Part shown: one piece after another, positions 1 to 11,870 of the stretch
How the letters are laid out: the number at the start of each line of letters is the position of its first letter
Position numbering within the stretch: the first letter of the stretch is position 1
NCBI GenBank assembly: GCA_018398765.1
Contig: JAHBMJ010000479.1
Coordinates: 1-46,344, forward strand
Direction of reading: 5' to 3'
Source: Chromera velia
Taxonomy: Eukaryota
Length of the DNA stretch: 46,344 nt
Position numbers and translations under genes: made by a program
Notes under the pieces: model-generated
Database searches by the model: none
The model's input: only the letters and a program-made list of their open reading frames with translations
What the model was told of the DNA's origin: nothing

Positions 1-3000
1 TTTAGAGCATCCTTTCTGAACATGTGAAATTTTTTTGAAATTTTTTCAAACTCTATTTATTGAACATACGGTAGTTGCACTGCACACACACTCATTCAAT
101 GCATCGATCACACCATTGAAGAGCCATTTATCACAGTACCGAGGCAGATCCAAATCTGAAAGCAACTTCCAGTCTGAGAGGAGACGCTTGATCGTGCGAT
201 TCATTCTCTCTGCCTTCCCTTGTGGCTGAAGTGTGTATACAAGGCCTCTCTGATAAACGATGGTCTCCTGGTCACACACATACTCATACTGGCCTTTCTT
301 TTCCCCAATGAATTCTTTTCCGTTATCTGTGCAGACAATCTGGGGCTTTGCTTTTATTTTCAATTTCTCAGCCAGTCTCTCCTACTTCCAACACCAAGCA
401 GTCAGATGACGGGCAGCCTTTCCTTTCGAGGGAAGAATCATTCCAGACATACGGCCAGATGCAGAATCGACAATCATAGAGGCAGGCTTACCACCAGGCA
501 AAAAAAGTATATCATGAATGATGCGATCATTAAATTCTTCCTTTGCCATGCCTTTTTTACTCTTCTGAGGGATTCTCTTCATCAGTGCATTCACTTCTCT
601 GCATTAACGGCACACATGTCTAATCTCATCGCATGCTTTCGTACTCATACGAGATACCAGACCTTTTTCCTTCAAAGTCGCATACAGACAAGTGCCAGTC
701 GAGTGCCCAAAACGCTTGTACCACATCAAAACTTCTCGCAAACTCATCTGACCTGAAGAAGAGAACTGAAGGCGATGCGATCTCTGCGATTCTAGCCGGT
801 ATGGCAGGCGCTCCCGCTGTTCTCCCTCCTTCAAACTATCTTTTTGCAAAGAGGACGAGCCCCCATATAAGACAGATGCATCTGTCTAACTGCTGGCATC
901 CACATTTAAGAGCACACAAAAGGAGCCATTCCTCTCATTCATACCTTGCAAAGCCGTACGCTCACGCACATTCAAAACAAGAACGCCTTCTCGCTCATGC
1001 ACACGCGTACGGAACATGCCTCCCCCTTTTCTGGGGAGCTCAACCCAAAATGGCTGACACACTTTCTGGAGATGCAAACCATTCACAGACAAAAGAGAAA
1101 GGGGAACTGACTGAGAAAACGATCCGTCAAGACGTGTTGTCTCCTCACCGCTATCGACCGTCTCCACTCTGGGGAGCTTCATGGTGACATCCTTGAAGGA
1201 ACGAGAGATGCCTCCCTCAACCCCCATAAACTTCCTCTCTTCCTCTCTCACCTCCACAACACAAGACGAGACATCTTGTCCAAAAAAATGTCTGCTCACG
1301 CACCTGAGTCCACTACAGGTGCCTTGTGGAAGTTTCTGCCTGCCCTCAACGTGCACTCTACCTCTTCTCCTTCATCTGCCAACGGCCAAGCTGCAGCAAT
1401 GAGCACACTTCCTCTTTTACTTTCCATGGATGCACATGGCGGCACCAAGAAAGAAGGAAAAAAAGAAAGAAAAATAGAAAGAAAGAAGAAAGAAGGAAGG
1501 AAGGAAGGAGGGGAGGAAGCGGGGCCTGAAGCAATTGCTCACGGCAACGCCCGGAGAAAGGACCGCGGCACCTCCACACCCTAAGTGTGGTCACTTCTGA
1601 CCCTGCTGGCCGGAGCCAGAAGAACTGGAAGACTGAGATCCTGAGCCCGAAGACTGCTGCTGCTGCTGGGAAGGAGGGGAACCGGACTATCTAGGGAGAG
1701 GGACTCTGGGCTTCCCTACCGCCTTGTCTCTGTACTTGTTTATGATAGTTTATGAAGTGCCCCTTCTGCTGACACCAGTGGCATCTGGGTCTGCGGTCGG
1801 TGTTCTCCTTTGCGCAATTGCTCTCTCCCTCAGCTTCTCCTTGGTCAGGCCCTTCTTCTCGAAAGAGGCATACCAGACCATTTACTCCTCAATGACCTCC
1901 CACGAGATCTAAGTGAGGTCTGCCACCCTCATATGAGGGTGCTGCTTCTTGATGTCGGACAGGAGACCTCTCTGCTGATCAGGCGTGAGTGCCTGGACCA
2001 CCATCTCCTTCTTCTCCTTCACAGTCACCTCCATGTCGATCTCCCCAGCGTCCATCCTCAGACGATTGAGACGGTCATCGATCTTCAGCCACGAGAGCTC
2101 GGTGTTCTCGAGATAGATCACTCTCCCCTTTCCATCCCTCTTCTGGATGTCCCAAGAAAAATGGCGGACGCGTTCTCTGATTGCTAGTTGTTGGGCAAGC
2201 AGAGCGGACTCATACTCCTCAAGCAGCTTATCGACAACCTGCTCAACAGGGATCTTCTTTGAAATTCCTTTCCTCAGCTTCCGGACATCGGCTTTGAACT
2301 GCCGATTGCCGTTGGCGGCGTGGTTAAGGGCGAGAATGATGTTGTCATGTCATTCCTCATCCGAGTCAAAGTTGCTCCGCTTGAGATGTACACGGGTATA
2401 CAGGGCCCAAAGATCTGTAAACTCTTGAGTGTGCTGCTTCCCCTCAAACTTAGGGACAGCAGCTATGTCCACCTTCTTTCCACGCCTAGACCTGCCGGAA
2501 CGACGGCGACGTCGGCGTCTGGAGTGACTCGAGGCAGAACTGCCTGAGTCGGAGGAAGAAGACAAGGAAGGAGACGGCGACTTCTCAGTTGGATGTGCAG
2601 GCCCCTCTATAGGCATAAAGGGCGCACGATCCGAGAATGCAGGAGGCTGCAAGAGTCCAGAAGGCGGTGACAAGCCTCTTTACACCATTGGAGTGTATGC
2701 GGGGAGTCCTCCTGAAGGGGGAGCAAGCAGTCCCCCGGAAGGGGGAGCAGGGAGATCACCCAAGGGAGGACGAATTGGGAGGGACGCCTCCAAGATGACT
2801 CTAGCCTGAATGAAATTTCATACTCCAAACTGGTTGGGCAGGGGACAATCTTCATGCATGGTATTAGTTTATCCTACTACATGTAGGCATTAAGCTAGAA
2901 AGGTATCTCAAAAGAGAAAGGATCTCTGCCTGGCCCTCACGCAAAGCAACCACTTCTTGCTTAAACGAAGCAAGACGCATCCCATGAGCCATGGCGACAA

Positions 3001-3289
3001 GAGAAAAGAAGCAGTGCACTCAAAATATAATCAAGTCTGACCACTGATTGATAAAGATTCCGACACACTGATTGATAAAGATTCCGTCATCCTTTCAGAT
3101 TCATAGGAGAGGCCGTCTGTCTTGGCTTTAGCTAGAGATATATGCTACGATGGATCGACGATCAGTTTTTGCATGCATTGCTATGCATTGCTACATTGCA
3201 ACACTACATCTCTGTGCATCACGCCTCTCTATGTGCGCGTGACCCATTTAACACGGCCCCGGAAAGCGGCCCAAGGAGAAATCCCAACA
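1..3289 (-). mobile_element. Decayed Ty1/Copia LTR retrotransposon (5' LTR, gag, protease, integrase); RT/RNaseH would lie left of the window
   Basis: Minus-strand order is: Pro-rich gag-like frame (~2810-1600), aspartic protease motif VVDSGA* (~1291-1320) with LSLLSV downstream, GAG-pre-integrase/HHCC motif WYKRFGH...CR*C (~600-725), integrase core IVDSASG...TDNGKEF...QGKAERMNRTIK (46-594). The PR-INT order is Copia-type. Many in-frame stops and frameshifts. Confidence 0.85.
2831..3289 (-). repeat. Putative 5' LTR of the Copia element
   Basis: On the minus strand it starts TGTTGGG (3289) and ends CCCAACCA (2831), giving TG..CA ends with a short inverted repeat. Internal tandem duplication of CACTGATTGATAAAGATTCCG at ~3042-3086. 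The partner LTR is outside the window and no canonical PBS was found. Confidence 0.55.
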
Positions 3290-4418
3290 CTTTATTTTTA
3301 AAAAATGTTCTTAATTAGTTTTTAAATAGGTCCTTAATTAAGTCAATCATAACTATAAACTAATTAACTAGCCTACATAAAAGGTAGCAGAAGCTCAGTC
3401 CTATAGAGAGCTCAGTTTATTCAGCTTTAAATTCATGTTCACATCGGCAATCATCCTCGGCGACGGTCCGATGGAAAAGTTAGCCGAAAACATATAATTT
3501 TGCTGCAGTCAGAAGCATGTCAGCAGCAGGGTAGGCCGGCATATACCGGGGGCGAGTAGGGTGCTTCTTGCCCCCCTAAAGCGGCGCATTTCCGCAAAAA
3601 ACTCGTTCTTATAATTGGTAAGGAATTAGAACTTGAAGCTGAAACTTTGTGTAGGAAGACGTTGTAACGATAGAAAAAGAACTATGGAATAGATTTTTTA
3701 TATCATTTCTAAAAACATAGGCTGTCATACAAATTTTTTGATTTGGAGGTCATTTTTTAACGGTTTTGAATAGTAAGAAAAACGGTATAAAACTTACAAA
3801 ATTTGTATAGCAGCCTATATTTTTAGAAATGATATAAAAATCTGTTCTATAGTTCTTTTTCTATCGTTACAACGTCTTCTTATACAAAGTTTCAGCTTTT
3901 AACTCCTTACCAATTATGAGAATAAGTTTTTTGCGGAAAAGCGCCGGTCTTCTATGTAGAGGGGGAGGCAAAAAGCACCCCACTCCGAGTCACCCCCACT
4001 GGGGCCAGCATACGGGGGGAAGATGAGTGCGGGACTTTGCCCGCAATATCATCATCATCATACGATCATGATACGCCATCATCGCTATCGGTCTATGAAT
4101 AGGTGTCCAGCGCTAGGTCTATAGCGTTTGGCGGCAACAAACGAGGCAGTTTGGTTCTTTACAAAAGGAGCTCACTTTGATTTTTACTTAATTCAACCAG
4201 GATGCTTCTTAATTTAGCGTTCTTTTCAAACTCTTCTACTTCCGGAGCGGCATGTTATAAATGAAATCAACTTTTCTAACGTCTGCTAGCTCCTCGGCTA
4301 GATCCTTATCAAAGCTTTTGCATGTCTAGTCGCATGTTTTCTTTTAAAGTTTTAAAGTTAAAGTTTAAAGTTTTCAGGCAAGCTATATTATAAAAAAAAC
4401 TTTAGTGCCCACACCTAG
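3290..4418 (-). mobile_element. Inverted copy of the 35642-36424 CTAGG-terminated element, truncated by the Copia insertion and interrupted by a foldback
   Basis: 3290-3460 is a diverged reverse complement of ~36180-36352, and ~4315-4418 of 35642-35752. It ends in CCTAG at 4418. Confidence 0.75.
3548..3995. mobile_element. Foldback/MITE with ~190-bp imperfect inverted arms
   Basis: Arm ~3548-3740 pairs with ~3795-3995, e.g. AAGACGTTGTAACGATAGAAAAAGAACTAT against ATAGTTCTTTTTCTATCGTTACAACGTCTT. Confidence 0.8.
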
Positions 4419-4567
4419 GTCAAACTCCCTTCGAACCGTCCTTGCAAGCTATGGGCGTCTCTCTGTTTTTCTCTTCACATCTACTTTCTGTATTGATGCT
4501 TGATTCCCTTCTGTAGCCGATGCAACCATCTGGCTGTAATTCGAGATGTTCCTTCACCCCCCCCCCC

Positions 4568-4587
4568 NNNNNNNNNNNNNNNNNNNN
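4568..4587. other. Assembly gap (N run inside a poly-C tract)
   Basis: 20 Ns flanked by C runs. Confidence 0.99.
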
Positions 4588-4860
4588 CCCCCCCCCCGCG
4601 TCGCATACGTACACTCCAAAATTACTCTCCTTTAAAATCTTTTTGCTTCGCTTTCTTTTCTCCTTAATTAATTCTTTGCCTTTCCGATCGACCGCCTGAT
4701 GCGTCTGTATCTTCTCCTTGATTCCTTCTTTTGCCTCCTGCTCTCACCTCATCCATTCAGTCCTCCCCCTCGATCTTCCTCTGCTTCCCTCCACTTCATT
4801 CATTTTCACCGTCTCATGCAAGGCTACACTTTTCTGTTCTCCATTGAATTCCTTCCTTCC

Positions 4861-7800
4861 TCATTCTCCTTTTGTGTCCGTCTCTCCCTGTACCTCTACA
4901 GAGCCCTGCATGATCTCCAACAGCTTCTCCTCTCTGACAACCCTAGGCGTCCGTGCTTGACTTGGAGATGCGCCCCGTCCCAGCTGCACCTTCCGCATTG
5001 CGTCAAAAGTTCCCCCGCTGACCCTGTGAATGCGGGGAGGCGCCATCTCTCCTGTCGACCTGAAGTGTTTATACACCGCGTTCCGTTCACACAGTGCGGT
5101 ATCCAGTCTGCTCTCTAACAAAGATGTGTTCAGACAAACTTGACTGTCACTCTTTCCTGACCCTGCTCCCCCCCTAACCTCTCCCCACTCCGATGCTCCC
5201 CCACTGCCGAAGGGCGGTTTCTCTCGTCGCGTCTCTACAAAGAACGCATAATGAGGTGCACCGTCTGTGTGCTGCAGACTGGGCTCAAGATTTTGGGGTT
5301 CTATGCACGCAAAGTCACAAATTGGGACGTCCCGGAAGGCGGATGTGACAGAGTCAATCAACGTCACTTCGAACGTCTGCTCCCCCCCCAAATTCAACCC
5401 CATGGTCTTCCGGCCCAAGACCTCAACTTCGGGACAAGTGCCGTTGCGCGCCGCCACATGCACCAACTCTCCCAGACGATACCTGTACAGGCCGCCGTAG
5501 GTGGTCACGATCACTTCATAAATGTTGCCCTCCTCTACCTGCAGGAATCAGAAGAATAAGGCGAAAAACGATTACTCCTTTTGGTGTCACGATTCTGTGT
5601 GCGTGTCCCAATGAAACCGACTGTCGATGGTCACAAGTGTTTCATGGGTATTGCACCATTGGCCTCCGTGTCGGGATGCAAATGAAACGCGAAGAGGACC
5701 AGAGAGGAGAAAGAGAGAAAGAGAGGAGAAAAAAAGACAAAGGGGTAGGCTGGGGCGGGAGAAAGATACAAAGAGGGTGAAAAAATATATGTGGAAGTAA
5801 CGCAATAAGAAAGTAACTGACTGGCATGCAGTCTTTGGGACAGATCTCGCAGATACACATCACTAGATTCAAAGGAAATCCACTTTTCTTATTCTCTCTA
5901 TCACCCTGCTGACCGACCTCATCGATAAATTTCGTCTTCTGTCTGAGGGCAAATTCAGCCTCACTGCCTGGCACCACAGGACCTCCTGCCTCTGCCAGGG
6001 GGAGGAACTCAAAGAACATTCCCCTCGGCAAAAGGGTAAACGTACGGGGACCGCGAGCGTGCAGATTGACGCCCAACGCACCCTCTGTTGTTGCAAACAT
6101 GGGGGAGAAAATAGGGAGCCACCCCTCAGGATCGAAGTCAAGACGCAATCTACGACCGTACAGCCCAAACCCCCCGGTCTCATTGGCCATCACCACGTTC
6201 ATTCGAGGCCAGAGACGGCGAATCAACCCAGCCCTCTCTCCCCTCAACGCTTCCTCAACTGCCTCTGCTCTCTCCGGATCTGCCTGAGACTTGAGAACAG
6301 ACTGCAACGCAGGGAGACGAGGCGTCAAATCGGAATCTGTCACGAATTTATCCGCAAACCCCGAAGGCAGATTCCCTGTCCGAAGTGCCTCGACCAATGC
6401 CTCTGCGTTGTTCTCTATCACCGTGAGGAGACGGATAACCTGGAGGGCAGAGGGAGCCTCTATACGGTCAAGCTTCTCATCCTTCAGAGCAAACAGAGCG
6501 TGCAGGAAGAGCATGCCCTCCTCGCTCCTGGTCACGTAGGCCTCCTTCGGAGTGGAGTACCGAAAGAATCTAGTTTTGGGATCCTCGGGCCCTGCGTAGA
6601 TGTGGGGACCAATCTTCAACCCGTTCGCCTCACACTCTCTGCAGGCAGGGGGCGAAAAAGAGAAGATGAAGAGAAAGACACTACGTCACCAGGCAAGTTG
6701 GAGGGTCAGGTATCAGGGCAGTCTCGTCATGAAAGGATGAAGTCGTAGGAAAGAAACGGGAAGGAACAGATCCAAAAGGGGGAGAGCAAAACACGAGAAA
6801 AATGGGGAAGAGGGATCGTATCGAGAGAATCGATCGACAGCGCGCAAAGAAGCAGCGAGAGCAGTTGACAGCACAGTACTGACAATAAAAACCGATCACC
6901 TGAGACGGCAAATCACTTTCTAGACTGTTCATGCTTGTAGAGGACAAAGCTCATTGGATAGATAGATGGAATTGCGGCCTCTTCTGCCAACCCACCTCAG
7001 TGTAGGCAGGTGCATGATTCTCAACGTTTTCCTCAGGTTGAGGCACTGAGGAAATGTCTTGAACAGTTCACTGAAAGACCCTACAATCCCTTCGTAGTTG
7101 TACAGCTGTCTGAGTTTGGTGGTGATCGGGAGCAGTCGGGGCGCTCCAGACACTCCTGAGGTTTCCGCAATCATCCAGGGTTCCTGTGCCGTCAGGATTC
7201 CTTGTGCGGCTTTGGACTGCAGGAGACGGTTGATGTAGGGAATGTAGTGGTTGTAGTCTGTGATCGGGTGGGCCTGTCGGAACTCCTCTCTTGACCTGAC
7301 GCTCTGTAACCCATACGACCTCACGTAGTCTGTGGACCTCTGGTACCTCAGGATCTCCAGGAGGAAACGCTCGTTCATCTTCCCAGCTTCTTTGCACTCA
7401 AGCTCCAGCATCCCGCGGGCACGTCCGGAGACGTACTGCATCGCCTGCAAAAAGACAGAAGGGAAGAAAATACTGTCCGCATTGTATGGAGAGAGGAGGG
7501 GGGCTGATTGGTGGGTGATGGGAGGAAGGGGAGAAGGAAGAGAGGAACGTTCTGTGTTGGTGGGACTCGGGAAAGCGCCACACAAGGGCCCGCAGACGCG
7601 AGAGGTCAGGACAGAATGCAGAGATCAAAATAGGAGGAGACAGATGTGAGGGGGGCAGGGGTGAGGGGTTTGGAAGGGAGGGGACACGCAGGAGACGGCA
7701 GAGAAGAAAGAGACGTCCGAGACAGGAGAAAAGAAATATGAGCAAGCAGCGAGAGGCCTGCACTGCCTTATTGTAGCATACACAGCAAGGGACGTACTAA

Positions 7801-8092
7801 CTCACTCGATAGCTGAACCACTGGCTGAATGCCGATCGGAGCGTGTGAGAACTAGATCTGCAGAGGCGGGAATCGACACAGAGGCGGGGGGAGGAGCATA
7901 AAGAGAAACGAGACGGGAACCGTCACGTGGACAGCCGGACAAATATCCAAACACGACGCACCTTTCCTCATTGTTGAGTAGGAATTTTCTGAAGTCCCAC
8001 AAGCCGTAGAGTGTCCCTCCCCCAAGGATGGCTCCCTGAAGGCGCCAGTGGATTTTCCAGAACCACGGGGGGAACATAGATTGGCTGGCCAT
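4861..8092 (-). CDS. GH3-domain protein (acyl acid-amido synthetase family, GHDC-like), ~676 aa, 5 exons: 8092-7962, 7857-7806, 7444-6996, 6638-5918, 5538-4861
   Basis: GH3 motifs FRQAHPITDYNHYIPYI, ETSGVSG (P-loop), MFATTEG, FFEFLP, YEVIVTTYGGLYRYRLGELV and QARTPR. All introns are GT-AG and phase-consistent. Hydrophobic N-terminal segment. Confidence 0.88.
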
Positions 8093-8806
8093 TCTTGTTT
8101 CTTCTTCTCGTCTCTTCGCGCAAGACAAACAAGTATTAGTAACGAGCGCCGCAACTCTTTCTCTCTTCGGGCGGCGACGCGGCAAGACCAAGAGAGACAA
8201 TTAATTAAAGAGCTTTGTCAGGAAGACGGATGGCCAAAGGAACAGGTCCGGCTCAGCGTCTTGTATTAATAGAGAGAAACGGCACTTCGGAGGTCTGCTT
8301 AGCGGAAAGAGCAAAATGCGCTTTGAGAGACGGATCTGGGGCGTCACGAGCGTCCTTCGACTTAGACTGTTTGCCTGATGAGCCTTCTGACATACGCACA
8401 GTCCAACTGCATACCCATCGATCTGAGATGATCTGAGAACCTCGCAGGTTTTACCGTCTCTTCGTGACCCCGTCTCCGGCGATCTGACACAAATGCGTGC
8501 ATCCTCGAATGCATGATCGCTTTTCGGACCAACTTTTCGACTTTCCGGGGGGCCGCCGCGATTTCGCAGAGACGGCCAAGAACTTCGGTGTCAGACTGAC
8601 TTGTCCTCGCCCTCTCTGTTTCTCTCCTCTGTGTTTGACAAATCCCGCGGCCTCACTGAGTCTTCGTGAAAGTGTTTCCCCCGCTCCAGCCAATGCGAAA
8701 GAAAAAAACTCAGACTGGCCTGGAATTGTTCGGTAGCACTTGATTTCAAGAAAGGAGACGGCAGTCGTCTCTCTCCTCTGTCTGACAAAACTCTCGCACA
8801 AGCGGT

Positions 8807-10738
8807 ATGGGGGTTTGGCAGTCGTTTTTCCTTCTGGCCCTTTTGGTCGGTGCCTCTGCCTTCGTCCCTCCTCGCCCGACTGCTCTCTCGGGAGGACGGC
8901 TTTTCCGTCAAAACGCTGGGCGTCTTGTGAGTAGTCCTCTTGAGAGTAAACCGACTGACCTTGAAGAGGAACTTCAGCAAGAGATTGATCTGAAGAACAC
9001 CAAGCTTTCGAAAGCAGAGGAATTGAAAGAGATCAAAGATGCAGAAGGTAGTGATCAGAGTATTGAAGAATTACTTCGCGTTCGCCCTTTCGTTCCGTTC
9101 CTTTTAGAGAAGGCAGTAGAGAATTTTGATGATTTGTTTGTGAAAAAGAGGCAGAAGGCGTCTGTAGATGAGTTGCGAGATTTGCACTCGCGGCTCCACG
9201 GATTGAAGGACAAGCACCTTGTCAGTGTGAAAACTCTGGGTGAGGCAAAAGCGGGAGACGGAAAACGAATCGGTCTGACATCGAATGAGCAGATCCGAAG
9301 TGCTCAGATGAAGGGGGAGACGGTGACGGGAAAGAAAAGAATAGTCCTCTTGGGATCAGGGTGGGGTTCCCATTCCTTCCTCTCCTATATAGACGCCACA
9401 AAGTATGACGTGACTGTGGTTTCCCCGCGAAACTTTTTCCTCTTCACCCCCATGCTTGCCGGTGCTGCCTTGGGTACAGTGGAGTTTGGTAGCATCACCG
9501 AACCGATCCGGAATGTGAACCCCCGGGTTGATTACCTTGAGGCCACATGCCTGGGTGTGGACCCAGAGACACAGACGGCTACATTTGAGTCGGTTGTGTG
9601 TGAGGGGACCAGTTGTGTGATTGAAGAGTTTGTCCTGTCCTATGACATGTTGGTAGTTGCCGTGGGGGCACAAACCGCCACTTACGGCATCCCCGGAGTT
9701 GCAGAGCACTGCTACTTCTTCAAACAAGTAGAGCACGCAGCCGCTGTGCGCAAGGCGATTGGGAATTGCTTTGAGAAAGCGAACCTTCCGGGGCTGTCAG
9801 AGGAGCAGCGAAGGAATCTGCTCACGTTTGTGATTGTGGGAGCAGGACCAACGGGGGTCGAGCTGACGGGGGAGTTGCGGGATTTTGTTGAAAAAGAAGG
9901 GCCACGATACTACCCCCACCTGCTCAAATACGTGGATATCAAGGTTGTTGAGGCGACTGACAAAGTATTGCCCCCTTTTGAGGCTTCACTACAGCGCAGA
10001 GCTCTCGCCGAGCTAACCGAAAGAAGATCCCCCCTCGCAGATATGGGTCTTTTGGAATCGGAGCGACCTTGTTTGACTTCGGTTCTCCTGCAGTCGGGGG
10101 TCAAGAGAGTGACTGACAGCACTGTCACGCTGTCAGATGGCAGTGAGCTGCCGTACGGTGTGATTGTGTGGGCAGCAGGCAACGGGCCTCTGCCTCTTGT
10201 GGCAGACATGATTGAAGGAGTAGATCGACAGAAAGAGTTGAAAGAGAAGGGGGTAAGCAGGGGACGAATTGTGACGGATCCATGGTTGCGTGTACAGGGT
10301 GTGAAGAATTTGTTTGCCTTCGGTGATTGTGCAGTTATGGAGACGGCACCGCTCCCTCAGACCGCGCAGGTAGCATCTCAGCAGGGTGCGTTTCTTGCAC
10401 GGTTGTTGAACAAGAATTTTGATTTGGATGCGAGCGTACCGAAGAGAATTGGTCCGAAGGTATTTCTCTCCGAAAAACTGCCTTTCGGTGTCGATAGCAG
10501 AGATCTTGCGAAGCCTTTTCAGTTTCTGAATCTGGGCATTTTGGCGTATCTGGGGGGGGGGTCCGCCCTTGCGCAGATACAGGTGGATCAGCGTCAGCTG
10601 AGGCAGGAGGGGGCTGCGGGGTGGGTGTTGTGGAGAGGTGTTTATTTCACAAAGCAGGTGTCTCTACGGAATCGGTTATTGGTTGCACTTGATTGGTTGA
10701 AGACTTCACTCTTTGGCAGAGATATCACAAGATTTTGA
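8807..10738 (+). CDS. NDH2: Type II NAD(P)H:quinone oxidoreductase (NDH2) with bipartite plastid-targeting leader, intronless, 643 aa
   Basis: Two Rossmann motifs (VLLGSGWG, VIVGAGPTGVE), FLFTPML, FAFGDC, and the quinone-site motif AQVASQQG. C-terminal FGRDITRF. N-terminus MGVWQSFFLLALLVGASA-FVPPRP. Confidence 0.93.
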   Translation: MGVWQSFFLLALLVGASAFVPPRPTALSGGRLFRQNAGRLVSSPLESKPTDLEEELQQEIDLKNTKLSKAEELKEIKDAEGSDQSIEELLRVRPFVPFLLEKAVENFDDLFVKKRQKASVDELRDLHSRLHGLKDKHLVSVKTLGEAKAGDGKRIGLTSNEQIRSAQMKGETVTGKKRIVLLGSGWGSHSFLSYIDATKYDVTVVSPRNFFLFTPMLAGAALGTVEFGSITEPIRNVNPRVDYLEATCLGVDPETQTATFESVVCEGTSCVIEEFVLSYDMLVVAVGAQTATYGIPGVAEHCYFFKQVEHAAAVRKAIGNCFEKANLPGLSEEQRRNLLTFVIVGAGPTGVELTGELRDFVEKEGPRYYPHLLKYVDIKVVEATDKVLPPFEASLQRRALAELTERRSPLADMGLLESERPCLTSVLLQSGVKRVTDSTVTLSDGSELPYGVIVWAAGNGPLPLVADMIEGVDRQKELKEKGVSRGRIVTDPWLRVQGVKNLFAFGDCAVMETAPLPQTAQVASQQGAFLARLLNKNFDLDASVPKRIGPKVFLSEKLPFGVDSRDLAKPFQFLNLGILAYLGGGSALAQIQVDQRQLRQEGAAGWVLWRGVYFTKQVSLRNRLLVALDWLKTSLFGRDITRF

Positions 10739-11870
10739 TGCGGCAGAGACGGTAGCCTGACTCGGGGGTTCAAACTTGTTTGAATTCAACTCGAACTGCA
10801 TTCATTCTAGCACGACTGTGAAGATCTCCCTACAGGAAGATGTGTTCAGTGCGTGCCAGTGCATGTTCTTACCCCGGCCGGCGGTGTCACTGCCGATTTT
10901 GTGTTCGTGTCTGATTCCCAGTGATTCTACATCGAGTTGTGTTTAAAACATTATAAGCTAAATTTAGACTTAAAATTCCAGTACCTGAATAACATTTTTT
11001 CGTTTTGAATCGTGCGTAGGATGGTGCAATACTTTAATAATACTCAGCACTGCCTATAATTATATATAGCGTTGAACATAATTCAAGTGGTAATTGTCCG
11101 CCCGGGAGCTTAGCGCTCCAACTACGGTCATGCATTCTCTAACTATAATTTCTTAATTCAATTAATTTCTAGTTCTTTTCTATTTTTTTTTTGCTGCATG
11201 TGTGGTAGTGATAGTATGTGTGTGATTTAACTTGTATGTTTTAATTCCAAATTGTATGCAGGAGTCAGAGTGATACTATGACATCCTAGGTAACATCAAT
11301 AAGGACTAACCATGACAATATACTTTATTCCTAGCCTTATTCATTATTTTTTGGATGTACAAGTAGATGCTATAATATGTTAAATTCAATAAAAACGGAT
11401 GTGAATGAGCATGAAGTATATTAGTCTGAAGAACTAGATTAGGAAGTACATTCATTCTGTTACTTATCAATTTATATATGCAAAGACACGCTAGAAGACA
11501 CACCGTATATCATGGTGCATACAGGTATCATATACAGAAGCTAGTTAACAAACATTCTTGTTATGGATTATACCTGCTTGGTTGTTCTTATAGATTCATA
11601 TTTTAATCGTTTTCGATCGTTGCCTTGGTTTCTCCCATGCCTGACTGTTTTTCTTCATCCCGGTCAATCTCCGGCCTACGCACTCGTACGATTTATATTC
11701 CCGTCTACTCTTGCGTTTACTTGGCTTCCCCCTCCCCACCCTGCCTGTCCCTCAGTTTCCTCAAAAGGACCAGAGCGATGCCGCAGCTTCTAAGATGAGT
11801 GGAACTCCTGAACCCACGCAAACACCATACACGCACACGTACACACTTTTCACCTTCTTGTGAGAAATTC

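Noticed and set aside
2858..2870. TGGTATTAG as a tRNA-iMet PBS for the Copia element
   Set aside because: It is on the wrong strand and lies inside the putative LTR.
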